Positions 60,013 to 64,000 of a stretch of 64,000 bases of DNA are shown here, piece after piece. The first letter of the stretch is position 1. Every line of letters begins with the position of its first letter. Source of the stretch: Oikopleura dioica. Taxonomy: Eukaryota; Animalia; Chordata. The notes beneath the pieces are model-generated. The model did no database searches, was not told where the DNA came from, and worked only from the letters and a program-made list of their open reading frames with translations. The position numbers were made by a program, and so were the translations under genes. Location of the stretch: contig OU015567.1 in NCBI GenBank assembly GCA_907165135.1, positions 15,376,001 to 15,440,000 of the forward strand, given 5' to 3'.

Positions 60013-62354
60013 ATGAAGGATGAGCATGAGAATTTCTCAGAAAATAATAATAAAAGGCTGCCTAATTGGTCCAAATCTTCTTTTGAAACTCAGCCGTGAG
60101 CGGTGGATTTTATTAAAACTTTTTGGTAAGGAAAATTTTAGTGTGGACGAATCCTCGCCAGACAGAGCTCAAAAGAAGACCGGCTCAAAACTAGAATCCC
60201 CAGTTCCAACGCCAGAGAGTTCGAAACCTCGAAGATCCTTGTACAAATGCGATTTCTGCGATTTCAAGGGAAAACGCGACGGAATCGTCCGCCATGTCAA
60301 ATTCGATCACAAGGAAAAGCTCGACAAGTGGCGGACAAAACAGTCGGATGTTCTGCACTTGCCATGTGATCAATGCGACCGATTCTTTGCTTCAATGGAC
60401 GACCGCGACGCGCACTTCAAAATGAAGCACCTAAAACCCGAAAGCCTCATCAGAGGAACTCCCGGAGGAACGAAACGGCAAGCGTCAGAGATGAAGGACA
60501 CGAGGAACATGTCGCCGGCTGATTCAGTCAGACTCTTCGTCCGAAAGAAGCTAGAAAAGCGTGATTCTCGTTCGAAATCAAAGACGAGAGAATCTCTGCT
60601 GAATTTGTGCAAAGAGTACACTTCTGGAACATCGGATTCGAATCCCAAAGAGGCGGAAGGTCAAAAAGTCGATGTGATTTTAACCTGCCCAAGCAGCAGA
60701 GCGGAAGCTTTCTTCTCTGGGCGCCTTTCATTTTGTCCCTATCATCCCTGCGAAGCGACTTTCAAGGAATGGTGTAGTTTTTCTTTATTTCTGACATTTA
60801 TAAAGAATCTCCATTCTCACCACAAATAGACTTCGTTAGCCCTTGAAGCTCACGTGAGCAGAAAGCACAACGACAAGTGGGATCACTTCATGCGATCCCT
60901 TGACCGTCCATATCAGTGTCCCTCATGTTCGTGGCGATACTCCTCCTCTCAAAGTCTACGAGAACACCTTCGCAAATACAAGAAGATCTGTGCCTCATAT
61001 AAACCTACCTCAGAATGCACCAGGTTATCTTTCTCTTCCTGACTTGTCTTATAGATTCATTCAGGGAGCTTCTTTTCGAAGAAAGTTCGCTCAAAGCTGG
61101 TGAAGAACTTGCCGAAAATCCAGCCGACCTTCGCCCCTACATCGTTGACGATTTGATAGATCGGAATCGACGACTCTGCCCTTTCAATGAACACTTCCAT
61201 TGCCAATTTCGTTTCAGTTCAGAAGAAAAGCTCGCAGATCACATTCAAAAGTGGCATCCTACTCATTTCGCAACGGTAAAACAAGACTACAGACGGCCAA
61301 TTAATTATTTTTAGTTCATGCGATGCATTGACCGGCCATTCATCTGTGAAACATGTGACTTTCGATTCCCTGATATTGACCAGCTTCGATTGCACAAGCA
61401 AATGCGTCAAGGTGTGTGTTCTTCCTACAGTCGTGATCTACACGATGTTTACATTCGGAAGCGTCCCCGATCCGACGACAACATGGAGTCTGACGACAAC
61501 TACTCTGAATATGACCCCGATAAAATATTCGAAGATCCACTTCTGTTGGAAACTGCGAGTATCAAGGGAGAACCAGATCCTGTTCGAGATTCGGATGAAT
61601 TCAAGGAAGAAGCAGAGCCTGTTGCTGAGCCTGAAAAAACCTCCCAACCGCTGCTGAAAATCAAAGTCAAGGTGAATTTTGAAGTGTCTCAAAGTTTATA
61701 ACATATTTCAGACTTATTCCGAGATGATCCACTGCCCCTACTGCGAAGTGAGATACAATCTAGACGAAGACAGCCGAGCTCTGTACAAGCTGATTTTCCA
61801 CGTTTCCGCTCATCACCCTCAACTAAACGCGGCTTTCCGGTAGACAAAAATTACCACAAAACAACTCCTTACTCTCAATCCTAGTCGCAAAAAGACAACC
61901 TTTCTTCCCTACCAATGCGATATCTGCCGCTTTTGCTTCGTCGACAGGGACCAGCTGGCCGAGCATGATTGCGAGAAGTCCCTTGATGTTCCGCAAATTA
62001 TTGAAGTAATTTGCGAGCACTGTGGGGCGAGACTGTGCTCCGAGCCACGGTATTGCAAGGATATGATCGATACGCATATGAAGAATCGCCATCGCGATCG
62101 ATATTTACAATTCAGAAGTAAAAGGTACCCGTGGTTTTATGACGAGCCTTCTGTATATTTGCAGTTAAACAAAGCCAGACTAAAACTCCTCGTCACAAAA
62201 TGAATACCGCATTTTTAGATCGGAGTACTTTAATCTAAAGTGTCCTGGGTGTCTCTTCTATTTCTCCAGCGAGAAGGCCCTCGATCGGCATGAAGAAAAC
62301 TGTCGGCACCCGACCAACCCGCCCTTACTTGATCCTGCAGAAGATACCCTTTGA
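60013..62354 (+). CDS. Multi zinc-finger protein (C2H2 and C2HC); start uncertain
   Basis: About nine Cx2-4C...H...H/C fingers across ORFs 60020-62354 joined by short introns. Confidence 0.8.
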
Positions 62355-62768
62355 AAGTTCAATCTTTCCCAGCCTATATTTATTTCTCCCTATTATCTAC
62401 TACTATTTATTTTGATTAAGTTTAACTATCTTTGTTTCTAACTCTTAAAAGTTTTATTCGATTATGCAAAACAGAAACTCGTACGTTGCAGCGCACGTCT
62501 TACAAGGTAAAGATTCGCGAATTGAAAAAGTCTCGCCTACTTTACTTATGCCAACAATCTTAAATTGTAATTGCTCTTGCTTGTGACATTTGTCGACTTT
62601 GAAATCTGCGCTACTGATCCGTTACTCTATCTCTTTCCCCTTTCTATCCTTATTCTTTTTTTGATTTTCATTCCCAAAAAGTGTGGTGACATTTCTGGGC
62701 ATATACATACTGAAGCAACTGTTGAATATAAATGAATCCTACTCACTCTTTGTTGTCTAGATAATCAA

Positions 62769-64000
62769 ATGGCGGACGCAGGAGCGTTGCCTCCCGCTGC
62801 AGAAGCGGAGGGCGCGCCGAACGGCCAGCCCGAGCAGCAATCTACTTTCAAAATGCTCATGGGCACGGTCGGCAGAATGATGTTCTTCTGGATGATCATG
62901 AACTGGTTCAAAGGAGGCGGGCAGAATCAAACTGCGAACCAGCAAGCGGCTGCGCCGGGATCTCCAGCAGCCAAACCATCGACAAATTTATTCAAGCCGG
63001 CGATTGTTTACGACATGAGCGCATATCTTATCGAAACGAATAAAGTAGACTTTGAAGTACACGAACCTGTGTGGGAACTAAAAGAGCTGACTTTTGGCCT
63101 GTGGAACGAGGGCGAAACGCAGGATTCCATCTTTTACAAAGAACTCGAACTTGATTTGAACGCAGAATACGAACAACTGAGAAACAATGGATCACTCTTT
63201 CTTGTTAGCTACATTTATCCTTCGAAAACAAGTCCGAATCCGAAAGCTGAAAACTATGGCAAAAACTTTGTGACTTCGACGTCAAAGAGCATGACAAAGA
63301 TCCGCAAGAAGAAATATCAAGAGACTGTGAACCTTCTCTCTGGAGGAACTGAACGTCAGGAAGACAAAGAAAAGTCTGGGACTACAGAGTGGCTTCCCCA
63401 CTGGCACGGCAACCTGACGATATCACCCGTCTACGATCATACCGCTTGGCCACAGGGGAAAATTCCAGCGCCACTTGATAGATACATTCGTTTCAACAAC
63501 AACGGCAACTATTATCCTGTTCTGTACTTGAACGACTGGTGGAATCTACAGGAAGATTACAAGCCGATTAATAAAACTGACGAGACACTCAAAGTTCACC
63601 TTTGCTTCCAGCCGCTCAGCTTGTTCAAGGTTCGGCGAGATTTATATTATTAAGAATCACCATTTTCTCTTTTAGTTCCAGCTCTATCTTTCTCAGTCAT
63701 ACAACGCGGAAATGTTTTCCATGATTCAAGACGCAGAGGAAGCTGAGGGAGATAAAGATGCGATGAAGGTAACTGACATCTGGTTAATCTTATGCTTAAA
63801 TATCGGTTTTAGAAAATGATCCTTGAGACTCAACCTTGGCTCCTTGCTCTTACAGTCGCAGTTTCTATCTCGCACACTGTTTTCGAAATGCTTGGTAAGT
63901 TGAGTTTCAATGTAGCGTTTTGAATGATTTTTTTAGCGTTCAAAAACGATATCCAGTTCTGGAAGTCACGAGAAAACATTCAGGGACTCTCAATCAGAGC
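62769..64000 (+). CDS. CLPTM1: Cleft lip and palate transmembrane protein 1, 5' part
   Basis: NLLSG, HWHGNLTI, YYPVLYLNDWWNL, FQPLSLFK, ETQPWLLALT, FEMLAFKNDIQFW; runs off the window end. Confidence 0.95.

Overview
Eukaryotic, gene-dense (about 20 genes), AT-rich genomic DNA. Many introns are 35-60 nt and at least two are GA-AG. Gene content, intron sizes, non-canonical donors and unpaired acceptors before start codons fit the larvacean tunicate Oikopleura (probably O. dioica). This is an inference; no database search was run. Genes in order: NOC3L (+), a membrane-anchored pseudo-serine-protease (+), a ~11-kb transposon-packed intergenic block, frizzled (+), VAP (+), TLCD1/2-like (+), an orphan (+), a kelch-like beta-propeller (+), an orphan (-), KLF (+), an orphan membrane protein (+), a CREC/calumenin-like protein with HDEL (-), Spire-like (+), then a minus-strand run of Ascl-like bHLH, CUB, VWA, TMEM39, RING and DNAJC10, and a plus-strand run of GFOD, a multi-zinc-finger gene and CLPTM1 (runs off the end). 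The richest unexplained structure is non-coding. It includes a 2.95-kb hAT-like composite element with a perfect 8-bp TSD and nested MITEs, a 951-bp near-perfect foldback 29 nt after the KLF stop, and nine copies of one MITE carrying AP-1 sites in its TIRs, plus Mutator-, Tc1- and TTAA-type MITEs. No rRNA, tRNA or CRISPR was recognised. Exon boundaries were read by eye and some gene starts are approximate. A few homopolymer frameshifts suggest imperfect long-read polishing.
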